Assembly (NCBI GenBank): GCA_963777505.1
Contig: CAVZQN010000001.1
Coordinates: 96,001-160,000, forward strand
Source of the DNA: an uncultured bacterium
Lineage (GTDB): Bacteria; Acidobacteriota; HRBIN11; JAKEFK01
Length of the DNA stretch: 64,000 bases
Direction: 5' to 3'
The notes beneath the pieces are model-generated. The model made no database searches. It was not told the DNA's origin and worked only from the letters and a program-made list of their open reading frames with translations. The position numbers and the translations under genes are program-made. Below are positions 1 through 9,702 of this stretch, in pieces (positions within the stretch are counted from its first letter, which is position 1; every line of letters starts with the position of its first letter).

Positions 1-245
1 CTTGCCGAGACCCGCGATAATTCCTCAACCGAAAGCGAATACGCAATATTATCGGCTCCAGCCCCGCCATATTCTTCCGGAATGATCAGCCCCATCAATC
101 CAAGATCCGCCATTTTCTTGACAAGATCACGAGGGTATTTTCCTTCGTATTCAATGGATTGAATCCGTGGACGAACTTCGTTCTCAACAAAATCGCGAAC
201 CATGTCGCGAATCATCCGCTGCTCTTCGGTATACTCAAAATTCAT
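1..245 (-). CDS. acyl-CoA dehydrogenase, N-terminal part (runs off window)
   Basis: Manual translation from ATG at 245: MNFEYTEEQRMIRDMVRDFVENEVRP...MADLGLMGLIIPEEYGGAG; paralogous to 676..1818. Confidence 0.9.
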   Translation of the reverse strand, partial: MNFEYTEEQRMIRDMVRDFVENEVRPRIQSIEYEGKYPRDLVKKMADLGLMGLIIPEEYGGAGADNIAYSLSVEELSRVSA

Positions 246-323
246 GATTGGATTCGTAAATGTGGAAGGTTCCTGTAAATTATTAAGTATAAACTAGATG
301 TGCCTACTGGAGCAATAATGAGC

Positions 324-674
324 TCAACCGCCAAGACGCCAAGTCGCCAAGACTTTTCCATGTTGATCTTAGAAAATTAACCACTGAGTCACGAAGGTTG
401 GATCGTTGCCGATTTCGTTCGCGCAGCGAACGAGGCTGAGAATAGAGCTCAAAACAAATCTGACCTGGATTCTAAAGCGTCAGTCCTCTTAATAAAAGAA
501 AATTTGTTTTGAGCTCTATTCTCAGCCTTTCAAAAAAATCGGCAACAATCCAATCACACGGAGTTAGCTCCGTGCTCTCCGTGACTCTGTGGTTGCTTTT
601 GGTTGTACCCATAAGCTACACGGGTTCTCTTTGAGACAAATAGTACTTGGCGTTCTTGGCGTCTTTGCGGTTGA
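324..674. repeat. nested inverted-repeat (REP/MITE-like) composite element
   Basis: Four nested IR pairs: 324-351/646-674, 379-396/577-594, 398-415/536-553, and a perfect 27-bp pair 433-459/502-528. Confidence 0.85.
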
Positions 675-675
675 T

Positions 676-1818
676 CTACATCCGGAGTAGGGATTCGGCG
701 ATGACCAGACGCTGGATTTCGGAAGTACCCTCGTAAATTTCGGTGATTTTGGCGTCACGCATTGCGCGTTCCACAGGAAATTCCTTGCTATAGCCGTAAC
801 CGCCATGAATTTGGACCGCCTTTACTGTATGTTTCATTGCCGTTTCTGCTGCAAATAATTTCGCCATCGATGCTTCTTTGCTGAAGCGTTTCCCTGAATC
901 TTTTGCCCGGGCTGCACGGTAGGTAAGAAGACGAGCAGCATCAATTTCAGTTGCCATATCAGCAAGCATGAATTGAATCGCTTGAAACTCGGAGATCTGT
1001 CCACCGAAAGCGGTACGTTGTTTTGAATATTGCAGGGCTGCTTCGTAAGCGCCTTGTGCAATTCCAACTGCTTGCGCAGCGATTCCGATGCGTCCGCCAT
1101 CCAAAGTTGACAGTGCAACCTTGAATCCTCCGCCTTCTTCACCAAGCCTATTTGCGACAGGCACGCGGCAGTTTTCAAAATGTAAAGCTGATGAAAGTGC
1201 TCCGCGAATTCCCATTTTGTCTTCATGTTTGCCAACAGAAAAACCAGGAGTGCCTTTTTGAATCATTAAAGCAGTAAGGCCATGACGGCCCTTTTCGCGA
1301 TCCGTTACTACGAATACAAGTGACCATTCCGCTTTTGGCGCATTCGTGATCCAAACCTTCTGGCCGTCAATAACGTAATCTTCGCCATCACGTACTGCCA
1401 TCGTCCGAAGATTTGATGCATCGCTGCCAGCCTGAGGCTCTGTTAAAGCAAAACAGCCGAGAGCTTTTCCAGACGCCAACGGTGTCAGGATGCGTTGTTT
1501 TTGTTCGTCGTTAGCAAATTTTACAAGTGGATCACAAACGAGGCTGTTATTAACGGATAGTATTACACCTGTAGCAGCACAGCACCTGGAAATTTCTTCG
1601 ATCGTGATCGCGGTGGCAAGGCTGGGAAGTCCCGATCCACCGTATTGTTCGGGTACACAGATGCCTGTAAGTCCCAGACCGGCGGCTTTCTGCACAATTT
1701 CATCGGGGAACACTGCGTCACGATCGGTAACGGCTGCAATAGGACGAACTTCCTGTTCGGCAAATTCGCGGACCATCTGCCGCAACATCTCAAGTTCTTC
1801 CGGAAGATCGAAATTCAT
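676..1818 (-). CDS. acyl-CoA dehydrogenase (short-chain/butyryl-CoA type)
   Basis: CFALTEPQAGSDA, KVWITN, QIHGGYGY and IYEGTSEIQR motifs; 380 aa. Confidence 0.95.
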   Translation of the reverse strand: MNFDLPEELEMLRQMVREFAEQEVRPIAAVTDRDAVFPDEIVQKAAGLGLTGICVPEQYGGSGLPSLATAITIEEISRCCAATGVILSVNNSLVCDPLVKFANDEQKQRILTPLASGKALGCFALTEPQAGSDASNLRTMAVRDGEDYVIDGQKVWITNAPKAEWSLVFVVTDREKGRHGLTALMIQKGTPGFSVGKHEDKMGIRGALSSALHFENCRVPVANRLGEEGGGFKVALSTLDGGRIGIAAQAVGIAQGAYEAALQYSKQRTAFGGQISEFQAIQFMLADMATEIDAARLLTYRAARAKDSGKRFSKEASMAKLFAAETAMKHTVKAVQIHGGYGYSKEFPVERAMRDAKITEIYEGTSEIQRLVIAESLLRM

Positions 1819-1852
1819 AACAGATTCGAACCGCAGAGACGCAAAGTTATTT

Positions 1853-2335
1853 TCATTGCGAAAAGTATGGTTTCAGTTTTTGCAAGGTGGATGCAAAATC
1901 TTCGGGAATCACACGCGTTTCGGCAAGTGCAGTCATGAAATTCGTATCTCCGCTCCAACGTGGGACTACGTGCATATGATAATGACTTTCTATACCGGCG
2001 CCCGCAGATCTACCGATGTTCATTCCAATATTAAAACCATCAGGATGATAAACCTCTTGCAATGCATGAAGAGCTTTTTGGGAAAGGAGCATCATTTCTG
2101 AAGCGACTTCAGGCTGCGCTTCGGCCGGATTCGCAAGATGATAATACGGCGCAATCATGAGATGTCCGTTATTGTAGGGATAACGATTTAAGATGATGAA
2201 ATTATGGATGGCGCGATAGAGAATCAACGATTCATTAGGATCTTGAATATCCAATGCATCACAGAAAATGCACCCACTTTCTTTTGCGGCATTGACCACG
2301 TAACGAAATCTCCAGGGGGACCAAACGTGATGCAT
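1853..2335 (-). CDS. HIT-family protein (Ap4A phosphorylase/hydrolase-like)
   Basis: CIFC, NRYPYNNGH, HYHMHVVPRW (HxHxH triad). Confidence 0.92.
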   Translation of the reverse strand: MHHVWSPWRFRYVVNAAKESGCIFCDALDIQDPNESLILYRAIHNFIILNRYPYNNGHLMIAPYYHLANPAEAQPEVASEMMLLSQKALHALQEVYHPDGFNIGMNIGRSAGAGIESHYHMHVVPRWSGDTNFMTALAETRVIPEDFASTLQKLKPYFSQ

Positions 2336-2344
2336 AGAAACTCA

Positions 2345-2447
2345 GATCCAGGATGCAAGATACATGATACAAGGGACGTTCCAGCGAACTCTCAACTGAA
2401 AAACCCTACGAGCGCGCCATGCATCTTGGATCTTGTATCTTGGATCG
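2345..2447. repeat. inverted arrays of 7-mer repeats
   Basis: gatccag-gatgcaa-gatacat-gatacaa versus the complementary tgcatc-ttggatc-ttgtatc-ttggatc. Confidence 0.6.
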
Positions 2448-2451
2448 AGCT

Positions 2452-2736
2452 TTAGACATTTGCTTTGTTGATGAGTTTTTTCAGATCCTTCCCCGGCTTG
2501 AAGTAAGGTACCTTCTTAGCAGGGACTTGCACCGCTTCACTGGTTCGCGGATTGCGGCCGACACGGCTATTTCGACGGCGAAGCTTAAATGAACCAAAGC
2601 CACGAAGTTCAATTTTCTCGCCGTCTTTCAATGCGTCGACAATACCATCCAAAAAAACATTAACGATATTTTCCGCATCCTTTTTAGAAAGTTCAGCGGC
2701 CCTGGACACTTCTGAAATCAAATCCGCTTTCGTCAT
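2452..2736 (-). CDS. ihfB: integration host factor subunit beta / HU-family DNA-binding protein
   Basis: MTKADL...IELRGFGSF...GRNPRT...VPYFKPGK; directly downstream of rpsA, the usual rpsA-ihfB synteny. Confidence 0.85.
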   Translation of the reverse strand: MTKADLISEVSRAAELSKKDAENIVNVFLDGIVDALKDGEKIELRGFGSFKLRRRNSRVGRNPRTSEAVQVPAKKVPYFKPGKDLKKLINKANV

Positions 2737-2797
2737 CAACTTCAAACCTTCCACAGCTTCCCTCACTTTCAATCACAGAAACGGAACTTTCGTTAAA

Positions 2798-4558
2798 CTA
2801 ATCCTTATCCATCGGCTTAATTAATTCACCACCCGCAAGATCCAGAAGAGTGACTGTATCGCTCGATTTATAACTTTCCAAAAGCTGACGCTCTTCCTCA
2901 ATCTGCAGTTCTTTGATGCTTAAACCGATTTTTTTATCAGCTTGATCCATCTTTATGATCTTTGCTTTTACAACATCACCGAGCTTGAAATGATCTTGAG
3001 GATTTTCAACTCGTTCCATTCCCATTTCAGAAACGTGAATCAAACCTTCAATTCCTTCTTCGAGCTCAACGAATGCTCCGTAATTGGTCAAATTAACAAT
3101 TTTGCCTTCAGCATTATCACCGATTCTGTATTTGCGGAAAAACTCCGACCAGATGTCGGGCTGTATCTGCTTTAAACCCAGGGATAGACGCTGTTTGATT
3201 GGATCAATTTCCAGAACTTTTACTTCAATGCGTTCCCCTTTCTTCACATATTCAGCAGGATCTTTTGGGCGCTTACTCCAGCTTAAATCACTGACATGAA
3301 TGAGTCCGTGGATCGCTTCTTCAACTTCCACAAATACTCCAAAGTCTGTGAAATTTTTCACTTTGCCCGTTATCACAGTTCCCACAGGATATTTATCTTT
3401 CAAAACCATCCAGGGATTCGGTTCTGTTTGTTTTAACCCGAGTGAAATCCGCTTATTGGATTTATCGATACTCAAAACGACTGCATCAACCCAGTCATTG
3501 ATTGCAACAATTTTGGAAGGATGTTTTACTTTTTCACTCCAGGACATTTCAGATATATGAATCAGACCTTCAACGCCTTTTTCCAATTCAACGAATGCAC
3601 CATAATCTGCAAGGTTAATGACACGGCCTTTTACTCTTTGGCCAATTGGATACTTGTCTTCAACCGTTGACCATGGATCCGGCTGACATTGTTTGAATCC
3701 AAGTGAAACTTTGTTGTTGGCGGGATCATAATTCAGAATGATCACATCAATTTGATCACCAACATTAAATAATTCAGATGGATGGCTGATACGTCCCCAG
3801 GACATATCCGTAATGTGAATAAGTCCGTCAATGCCACCGAGATCAACAAACGCGCCGTAATCGGTAATATTTTTTACACTTCCTTTTACGGTTGCACCAT
3901 TTTGAAGCGCATCGCTCACTTCTCTTCGCCGGCTTTCAAGTTCTTCTTCAACAACAATCTTTCGCGATAAAACGATATTTCCTTTCTTCTGATCAAGTTT
4001 GAGAATGCGAACGCGGATGGATTGATTGACGAAATGATCCAGATTGCGGATCGGTTTTATGTCTACTTGCGATCCAGGCAGAAATGCCCGGACACCAATG
4101 TCAACTGACAAACCACCTTTTACTTTTTCAACTACGCGGCCTGGTAGGACTTGATTTTCTTTAAACGCTCTTTCAATTTGGTCCCACACACGAATCCGCT
4201 CTGCTTTTTCTCTGGAAAGTTTTAGATATCCATCAAAGCTGTCCTGATCTTCAAGCAGAACAGCAATTTCGTCTCCAGCTTTAACATGAATTTTTCCGTC
4301 CGATCCAACGAATTCATGAATCGGTATGATTCCTTCTGACTTATGGCCTATATCGACAATAACTTCTCCCGAAGTGACTTTAATCACTCGTCCGTTGATG
4401 ATGTCTCCTTCGGCAAGATTTTTGAACTTATCGTCATACTCCTGTAAAAGACGATCGTATATATCCGGAGCTAACTCCGTATCTGAAGTGCGTGGCGGAT
4501 CGTTCCGTTTTTCACCTCCCGTGATGGACGGATCCTGCCTTTTTGTTGTTTCAAGCAT
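2798..4558 (-). CDS. rpsA: 30S ribosomal protein S1
   Basis: Six S1 repeats (YGAFVDLGGIDGLIHITDMSW, YGAFVELEKGVEGLIHISEMSW etc.); 586 aa. Confidence 0.97.
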   Translation of the reverse strand: MLETTKRQDPSITGGEKRNDPPRTSDTELAPDIYDRLLQEYDDKFKNLAEGDIINGRVIKVTSGEVIVDIGHKSEGIIPIHEFVGSDGKIHVKAGDEIAVLLEDQDSFDGYLKLSREKAERIRVWDQIERAFKENQVLPGRVVEKVKGGLSVDIGVRAFLPGSQVDIKPIRNLDHFVNQSIRVRILKLDQKKGNIVLSRKIVVEEELESRRREVSDALQNGATVKGSVKNITDYGAFVDLGGIDGLIHITDMSWGRISHPSELFNVGDQIDVIILNYDPANNKVSLGFKQCQPDPWSTVEDKYPIGQRVKGRVINLADYGAFVELEKGVEGLIHISEMSWSEKVKHPSKIVAINDWVDAVVLSIDKSNKRISLGLKQTEPNPWMVLKDKYPVGTVITGKVKNFTDFGVFVEVEEAIHGLIHVSDLSWSKRPKDPAEYVKKGERIEVKVLEIDPIKQRLSLGLKQIQPDIWSEFFRKYRIGDNAEGKIVNLTNYGAFVELEEGIEGLIHVSEMGMERVENPQDHFKLGDVVKAKIIKMDQADKKIGLSIKELQIEEERQLLESYKSSDTVTLLDLAGGELIKPMDKD

Positions 4559-4763
4559 GTTGTTGTGGTTCCTCCTTTGTTATAACAAAACCAAAACTCT
4601 TAGCAAGATTCTCAGTAGAGACAATGAGGACCGCGCTCAAAGTTTTGTGAATTGGTGAAACTTTAGATTGAACTTCTCTACTCCTGCGCCCTTAGCGGCA
4701 TCAACTCAAGGATGCGTATCAGGCCGATTTTGCGCGGCCTTAACCGCCTTTTGAGGAAACGCC

Positions 4764-4793
4764 ATTATATAGATTTCAAAGCCTGAGTGTCAA
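4764..4793 (-). promoter_or_regulatory. sigma70 promoter of the rpsA operon
   Basis: Minus strand TTGACA-N18-TATAAT, perfect hexamers, ~200 nt upstream of rpsA. Confidence 0.8.
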
Positions 4794-4918
4794 GCGGAAG
4801 ATGCTGCATTTTCAATAGATAACGCTTCATAGCGGTATCACAATCTTCATTTTTTTGGATGCAGATTTTGGTTTATGAATGAGTCCTTCCGTTCTTTCGC
4901 TAAGCTATACTACACCCC

Positions 4919-6643
4919 ATGTGTTTTCACCAGCTAAGCCGAATTTTATTGCTATTCCTGTTGCTGGCATTTTGCTCAACCTGTTCGAAAGAGCCAACGG
5001 AAATCGCGAAAAAACCCGCAATTCCTCGCAATATTTACATGATTACAGCGACGGGACTCAGAGCTGATCATTTGAGCAGCTACCTGTATCAGCCGATCCA
5101 AACACCTGGCCTGGATTACCTGGCATATGATGGAATCCGTTTTACAAAAGCATTCTCAACATCTACCGATTCTCTTCCTGCACATCAATCAATGCTCACC
5201 GGTTTATATCCGACACGAAAGCCTCTGCTGCAAATGTTCGAATATTTCCAAACATTTACGAGTGAATCCTTGCCAGAAATAAAGACAGCCATTCCGTTGA
5301 TGCTTCGAAATAAAGGCTATCGAACTGCAGCGTTTGCCGCAGACCCTGAACTCCGTTCCTTTGTTTTACGTTCCGGATGGTTTGATAAGGCTTATGCAGG
5401 AGATTCCATTCTTCCACCATGGCAACCTTCATCGGACAATAAAACCATCCAAAGCTTGACGATCGATTGGATTTCTAGAATGCGGCGTCAGCCTCACTTT
5501 GTTTTGGTAAATTTCTCTGAGCCAATGCCACCCTATTCGCCGCCGGAACCCTATAGCCATCACTATGAAAATCATCCATATGATGGGGAAGTTGCGGCAA
5601 TCGACCAGCAAGTTGGGAATTTTATTCATTGGTTGAAGCAAGCAAAACTTTTTGATCATTCGATCGTAATTTTTGCAGCTCCTTACGGTGAAAATGCCGA
5701 AAGTCTTGGCCGAGCGGGGTCCGCTGAAGACGAAAATTTTGAGATTCCTTTGATGATTGCAGCCCCCGGACTTTTACCGAGGCAGCAAATGTATGAAACC
5801 GTAGTCAGTCTTGTGGATGTGTATCCAACACTTTTGGCAATGCTCGATTTACCGGCGCCATCTGAAATCGATGGAAAGAAACTCTTCGAAAAGAACAATG
5901 ACAAGCAAATCACACACGAATCCCTTTACGGCAGCACACTGTTTCCTATGCATTTTGGTAAACCTTCAGTGACTTCAAAAGTGATCGATTCCTCAAACCA
6001 TCAAAATCCGGTTGATAAGGACCTAATCAGACTTGAGGAAGCGATCGTTCTTTCAAGATCCTCCCGTTTTGCGGATGCTTTAAGCTTGCTTGAGGATCCT
6101 GGATTGCCCGAAACACCATCAATTCTCAGTTTCCGATCTGCGTTGCTCGTTTCATCCGGACGTTTAGACGATGCTGAAAAAGAATTACGGCCGGTGCATC
6201 ACCCCGAGTTGCTGATACAGATGGCCGATCTTCAAGTCAAACAGGGCAAAATCAAACAGGCCTACGAAACAATCTGCAAATATAAGGGAATGATGTCGTA
6301 TGATGTGTATAGTATTATGTCTATAATATTTAGAGCTGCAGGCAATTTCGAGGCAGCGCAGAAAAACGCAGAGCTTGCATTGAAGTTAAACTCTCGATCG
6401 GTGGCGGCCTTTCACCAGCAAGCTTTGATTTCGTTTGCGCGCCAGGATTTTATCAGTGCCGAAGGATTGTTGCGGAAGGTTTTGCAGCTGGAGCCAAACA
6501 ATTTGGAAGTCAGTTTGGAACTTGCAGAAACGCTGATGAAATTAGGGGAAAAAGATGAAGCAAAACGCTTAGGCGCAGCTCTGTTGATCCAATCGGAAAC
6601 TCCAGAAATTCGCGAAAGGGCGAAAATACTTCTCGCGGAATAA
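4919..6643 (+). CDS. sulfatase-like domain + TPR protein, exported (possible lipoprotein), degenerate active site
   Basis: LRADHL, SMLTGLYP, YDGEVAAIDQ, IPLMI, SLVDVYPT; C-terminal TPR-like helices. Confidence 0.85.
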   Translation: MCFHQLSRILLLFLLLAFCSTCSKEPTEIAKKPAIPRNIYMITATGLRADHLSSYLYQPIQTPGLDYLAYDGIRFTKAFSTSTDSLPAHQSMLTGLYPTRKPLLQMFEYFQTFTSESLPEIKTAIPLMLRNKGYRTAAFAADPELRSFVLRSGWFDKAYAGDSILPPWQPSSDNKTIQSLTIDWISRMRRQPHFVLVNFSEPMPPYSPPEPYSHHYENHPYDGEVAAIDQQVGNFIHWLKQAKLFDHSIVIFAAPYGENAESLGRAGSAEDENFEIPLMIAAPGLLPRQQMYETVVSLVDVYPTLLAMLDLPAPSEIDGKKLFEKNNDKQITHESLYGSTLFPMHFGKPSVTSKVIDSSNHQNPVDKDLIRLEEAIVLSRSSRFADALSLLEDPGLPETPSILSFRSALLVSSGRLDDAEKELRPVHHPELLIQMADLQVKQGKIKQAYETICKYKGMMSYDVYSIMSIIFRAAGNFEAAQKNAELALKLNSRSVAAFHQQALISFARQDFISAEGLLRKVLQLEPNNLEVSLELAETLMKLGEKDEAKRLGAALLIQSETPEIRERAKILLAE

Positions 6644-6650
6644 ATTGCGG

Positions 6651-6968
6651 CTAACGCGCAGTTTCGTGAATCAAACGCGCAAGAGTATCCCGCTGCTCAC
6701 CAGTTAATTCCCAATGAACAGCCAAACCATACTTGTCGATACCCCGCTCATCAAGCCGAACAACTACTCCCCTTCCGGTTACTTCATCATCTGTCGGTAA
6801 TATCAAATGAACCGTGACTTCTGTACCGATTGAAAGATGTTTTGCAGTTTCAATCAAGATACCAGTTTCACTGAGATTTACCGAAGTGCCCGTAAATACA
6901 TCCCCATTTTTGCGCCCCTCCATCTGAACACGGATCGGTGAACGAGGCGCCCGTCTACGGTCTTTCAT
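6651..6968 (-). CDS. PilZ-domain protein (c-di-GMP receptor)
   Basis: RRRAPR and NLSETG motifs (RxxxR ... D/NxSxxG). Confidence 0.85.
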   Translation of the reverse strand: MKDRRRAPRSPIRVQMEGRKNGDVFTGTSVNLSETGILIETAKHLSIGTEVTVHLILPTDDEVTGRGVVVRLDERGIDKYGLAVHWELTGEQRDTLARLIHETAR

Positions 6969-6986
6969 ATCCCAAGTATACACCGG

Positions 6987-7061
6987 TCTCCCTTTCTCCC
7001 TGTCACCCTTTCACCCCTTCATTAAGCGAAAGGGAGAAGGGGGGACAAGGAGAAAGGGAGA
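6987..7061. repeat. inverted 8-mer repeat array (tctccctt / aagggaga)
   Basis: tctccctttctccctgtcacccttt ... aaagggagaagggggacaaggagaaagggaga. Confidence 0.6.
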
Positions 7062-7077
7062 ATGGGAAACACCCGAA

Positions 7078-7593
7078 TTATGTCTTCAATACATCCAGTA
7101 TTTCTTCTTTTGCGTGCGAAATGATTTTGCGGATCCTTTTCATTTTTTCATCGGTCAGGCCATGAGCATGCATTTTCATCCGGACAAACTTTTTCAGATC
7201 AGCAAGATCTTCAAATAAGTCATTTAAGTCATCCATCCGAAAATTCTTCCAACGTTCCGAACGATCACGAAAACTCCCAACCCTTTCTTTCTGCTTCTTT
7301 ACTTCTTGACGACCTTCCTCTGTAATTTCATAGGTCCTTTTTCCATCTTGCTCTTTCGATTTTACGAATCCTTGATCCTCTAACATTTGCAACGTGGGAT
7401 AAACGGATCCAGGTGAAGGAGAATAAAAGCCGCAAAAGCGGGCTTCCAATTGCTTAATAATTTCATAACCATGTCTTGGCTTTTCTGAAAGCAAATCCAG
7501 AATTAGATATTTCATGTCTCCACGCTCAAACCATTGACCCTTGAAAAAAGGTCCAAATCCCCCACCGTAGAAACTACCAAAACGTACCATCAC
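7078..7593 (-). CDS. PadR-family transcriptional regulator
   Basis: PRHGYEII, YSPSPGSVYPTLQMLED, KRTYEITEEG. Confidence 0.93.
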   Translation of the reverse strand: MMVRFGSFYGGGFGPFFKGQWFERGDMKYLILDLLSEKPRHGYEIIKQLEARFCGFYSPSPGSVYPTLQMLEDQGFVKSKEQDGKRTYEITEEGRQEVKKQKERVGSFRDRSERWKNFRMDDLNDLFEDLADLKKFVRMKMHAHGLTDEKMKRIRKIISHAKEEILDVLKT

Positions 7594-7611
7594 AACACCT
7601 CCTGAAGTATC

Positions 7612-7623
7612 ACGATATATCGT
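7612..7623. promoter_or_regulatory. palindromic candidate PadR autoregulatory operator
   Basis: Perfect palindrome ACGATATATCGT between divergent padR and GT2 genes. Confidence 0.5.
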
Positions 7624-7679
7624 AATAGATCTTGGCGTTTGGATGCAAGCTTGACCAGAGTTGTGGTTTGATAGGTGAA

Positions 7680-8375
7680 ATGATGATTTCCTTTATCATT
7701 CCTGCCTACAATGAGGAACAGCTCATTGCTTCCGTGTTACAACAACTGAATAAAGTTGTGAGGGATGTTGGAGAGCCATACGAAATCATTGTGGTAGATG
7801 ACGCTTCATCGGACCAGACTGCATTCATTGCGAAACGTGAAGGTGCACAGGTGGTTTCGGTAAAGCACAGGCATATTGCGGCAACACGAAATTCTGGCAG
7901 CCGAGCTGCTAAGGGCGATCTGTTGATTTTCATTGATGCCGATACCTGGGTAACCCAAGAAGTAATTCAAAGCGCATGCAATGCCGTTAGAAATGGTGCG
8001 GTTGGTGGAGGCTCAGCGGTACAATTTGATGAGCCTATCCCCTTTTATGCGCGCGTGGTGCTTCCGCTTCTGCTTTTTATTTTCAGAACGACAAAACTCG
8101 CTACTGGATGTTTTATTTATTGCACGCGAGCGGCTTTCGAAAACGCTGGAGGCTTTAACGAAAAAATGTACGGAGCAGAAGAGATAGCAATGAGTCGCGC
8201 ACTGAAACGTCAAGGGAAATTCGTTATCTTGCGCGAACGTGTGACTACCTCTGGACGAAAACTTCGCGCACATTCCGGCTTGGAATTATTGCATGCAACG
8301 TTCCGTCTCGCACTGCGTGGACCAAAAGCAGTACGGAGCCGTGAAGGGTTGGAATTGTGGTACAAAGAACGATAA
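7680..8375 (+). CDS. glycosyltransferase family 2
   Basis: ISFIIPAYNEE, VVDDASSD, FIDAD, GGFNE; ATG start at 7680 preferred. Confidence 0.92.
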   Translation: MMISFIIPAYNEEQLIASVLQQLNKVVRDVGEPYEIIVVDDASSDQTAFIAKREGAQVVSVKHRHIAATRNSGSRAAKGDLLIFIDADTWVTQEVIQSACNAVRNGAVGGGSAVQFDEPIPFYARVVLPLLLFIFRTTKLATGCFIYCTRAAFENAGGFNEKMYGAEEIAMSRALKRQGKFVILRERVTTSGRKLRAHSGLELLHATFRLALRGPKAVRSREGLELWYKER

Positions 8376-8468
8376 ATTTGTGATTCTTTGTGTCTTAGAG
8401 ACTTCGTGTTGAAAGTGCCATCGAGTTTTACTTTAACTCTATTTAAGGAAACTATATGGAAGGCTAAG

Positions 8469-9209
8469 ATGAGTCAGGAAAATTTGAGTCGACGCAGTTT
8501 TCTGCAGATGGGTGGCATCGCTGGAACCATATTATTTGTAGGAGGATCGATGGACGCAACTGAAACTCAAATTCCAGCAGTCGAAGCGGTAGATCATTTA
8601 CTACTTGCAATCAATGATCTGGATCATGGAATTGAATGGGCAGAAAAATCTTTGGGAGTGAAAGCGATCATAGGAGGGAGTCATCCAGGAGGCGGTACCA
8701 GAAATGCTCTTCTTTCATTGGGTGGCAAACGATATCTTGAAATCATTGCTCCTGATCCTGCACAAAAAACATATACATTTCCAATTGATGTTCGAACGAT
8801 CACACAACCACAATTGGTGATGTGGGCTGCAGGCGCTGCCAATATTCAATCTCAGACTGAGAAAGCCAAAAAAGCGGGCGTTCAGATGATGGGACCCTTT
8901 GATGGCTCACGCGCACGGCCAGATGGAAAAATTTTGAAATGGAAAACATCATTTGTTCAACATTACTTTCGCAGTGGCAATGTTGATCCGATTCCATTCT
9001 TCATTGAATGGGCAAAAGATTCAGTTCATCCATCACAAGATTCACCGCAACGATGCACCTTAACATCGTTTGAAATTGAGCATCCACAAGCGGACAAAGT
9101 TCGCGAAGCGTTGAAGGGTCTCGGATTAGATGTAATAGTCAATCAATCGGATGCTCCAAAACTCATTGCAACAATCAAAACCCCGAACGGGGAGGTAAAG
9201 CTTTCCTAG
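8469..9209 (+). CDS. VOC/glyoxalase-like family protein with Tat signal
   Basis: SRRSFLQ twin-arginine motif; DHLL...GGSHPGGGTRNALL...YLEIIAPDP...PFFIEW. Confidence 0.85.
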   Translation: MSQENLSRRSFLQMGGIAGTILFVGGSMDATETQIPAVEAVDHLLLAINDLDHGIEWAEKSLGVKAIIGGSHPGGGTRNALLSLGGKRYLEIIAPDPAQKTYTFPIDVRTITQPQLVMWAAGAANIQSQTEKAKKAGVQMMGPFDGSRARPDGKILKWKTSFVQHYFRSGNVDPIPFFIEWAKDSVHPSQDSPQRCTLTSFEIEHPQADKVREALKGLGLDVIVNQSDAPKLIATIKTPNGEVKLS

Positions 9210-9284
9210 AGCAGTCGAGCAGTCGACAGTTAATGCAGTATATTAAGTCCCCTCAAGCTACACCGAATGTAGTACTACAGAGCC

Positions 9285-9590
9285 ATGACAAAGGCTAGGA
9301 CCTTATTGTTCGGTTTGGCAACGATAGTCTGGCCGTTGCTTGTTCCGGGAGTCGCAATGCTCATTCAAATTGCATTCCCTAACTTTCGTTATGGGATCAT
9401 AGCCGGCGTTACTGTGGGCTGGTTCTGTTTTACTGCACTATTTGTTTACATCACCTTTCATGCAATGAAAAATCCAGCGCTTCCTGCTGCAAAAAAATCA
9501 CGATGGATGATGTATCTTCTTTTCTGTAACATTGTGGCCGTACCCGTGTACTGGTATCGCTATATCTGGCGGACAAAAAGTTCTCCGTGA
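9285..9590 (+). CDS. small membrane protein
   Basis: Three hydrophobic segments; K..W...L..NIVAVPVYW resembles PLDc N-terminal-like small membrane proteins. Confidence 0.65.
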   Translation: MTKARTLLFGLATIVWPLLVPGVAMLIQIAFPNFRYGIIAGVTVGWFCFTALFVYITFHAMKNPALPAAKKSRWMMYLLFCNIVAVPVYWYRYIWRTKSSP

Positions 9591-9604
9591 CCTGTGGTAA
9601 AGCG

Positions 9605-9633
9605 TTGACTTCAAAGGGTGCCTATAGTATCTT
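9605..9633 (+). promoter_or_regulatory. putative sigma70 promoter of the nuoL-atpE operon
   Basis: TTGACT-N17-TATCTT, 70 nt upstream of nuoL. Confidence 0.45.
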
Positions 9634-9702
9634 GACGCGGGAGATTTACCACGCTGCTGGCGTGGATCAACAAGCCCACAAAAAACCGTCATCTGTGAAT
9701 CT

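Noticed and set aside
324-674. CRISPR array or tRNA
   Set aside because: Repeats are inverted and nested, not direct with unique spacers; no cloverleaf or T-loop motif; no cas genes.
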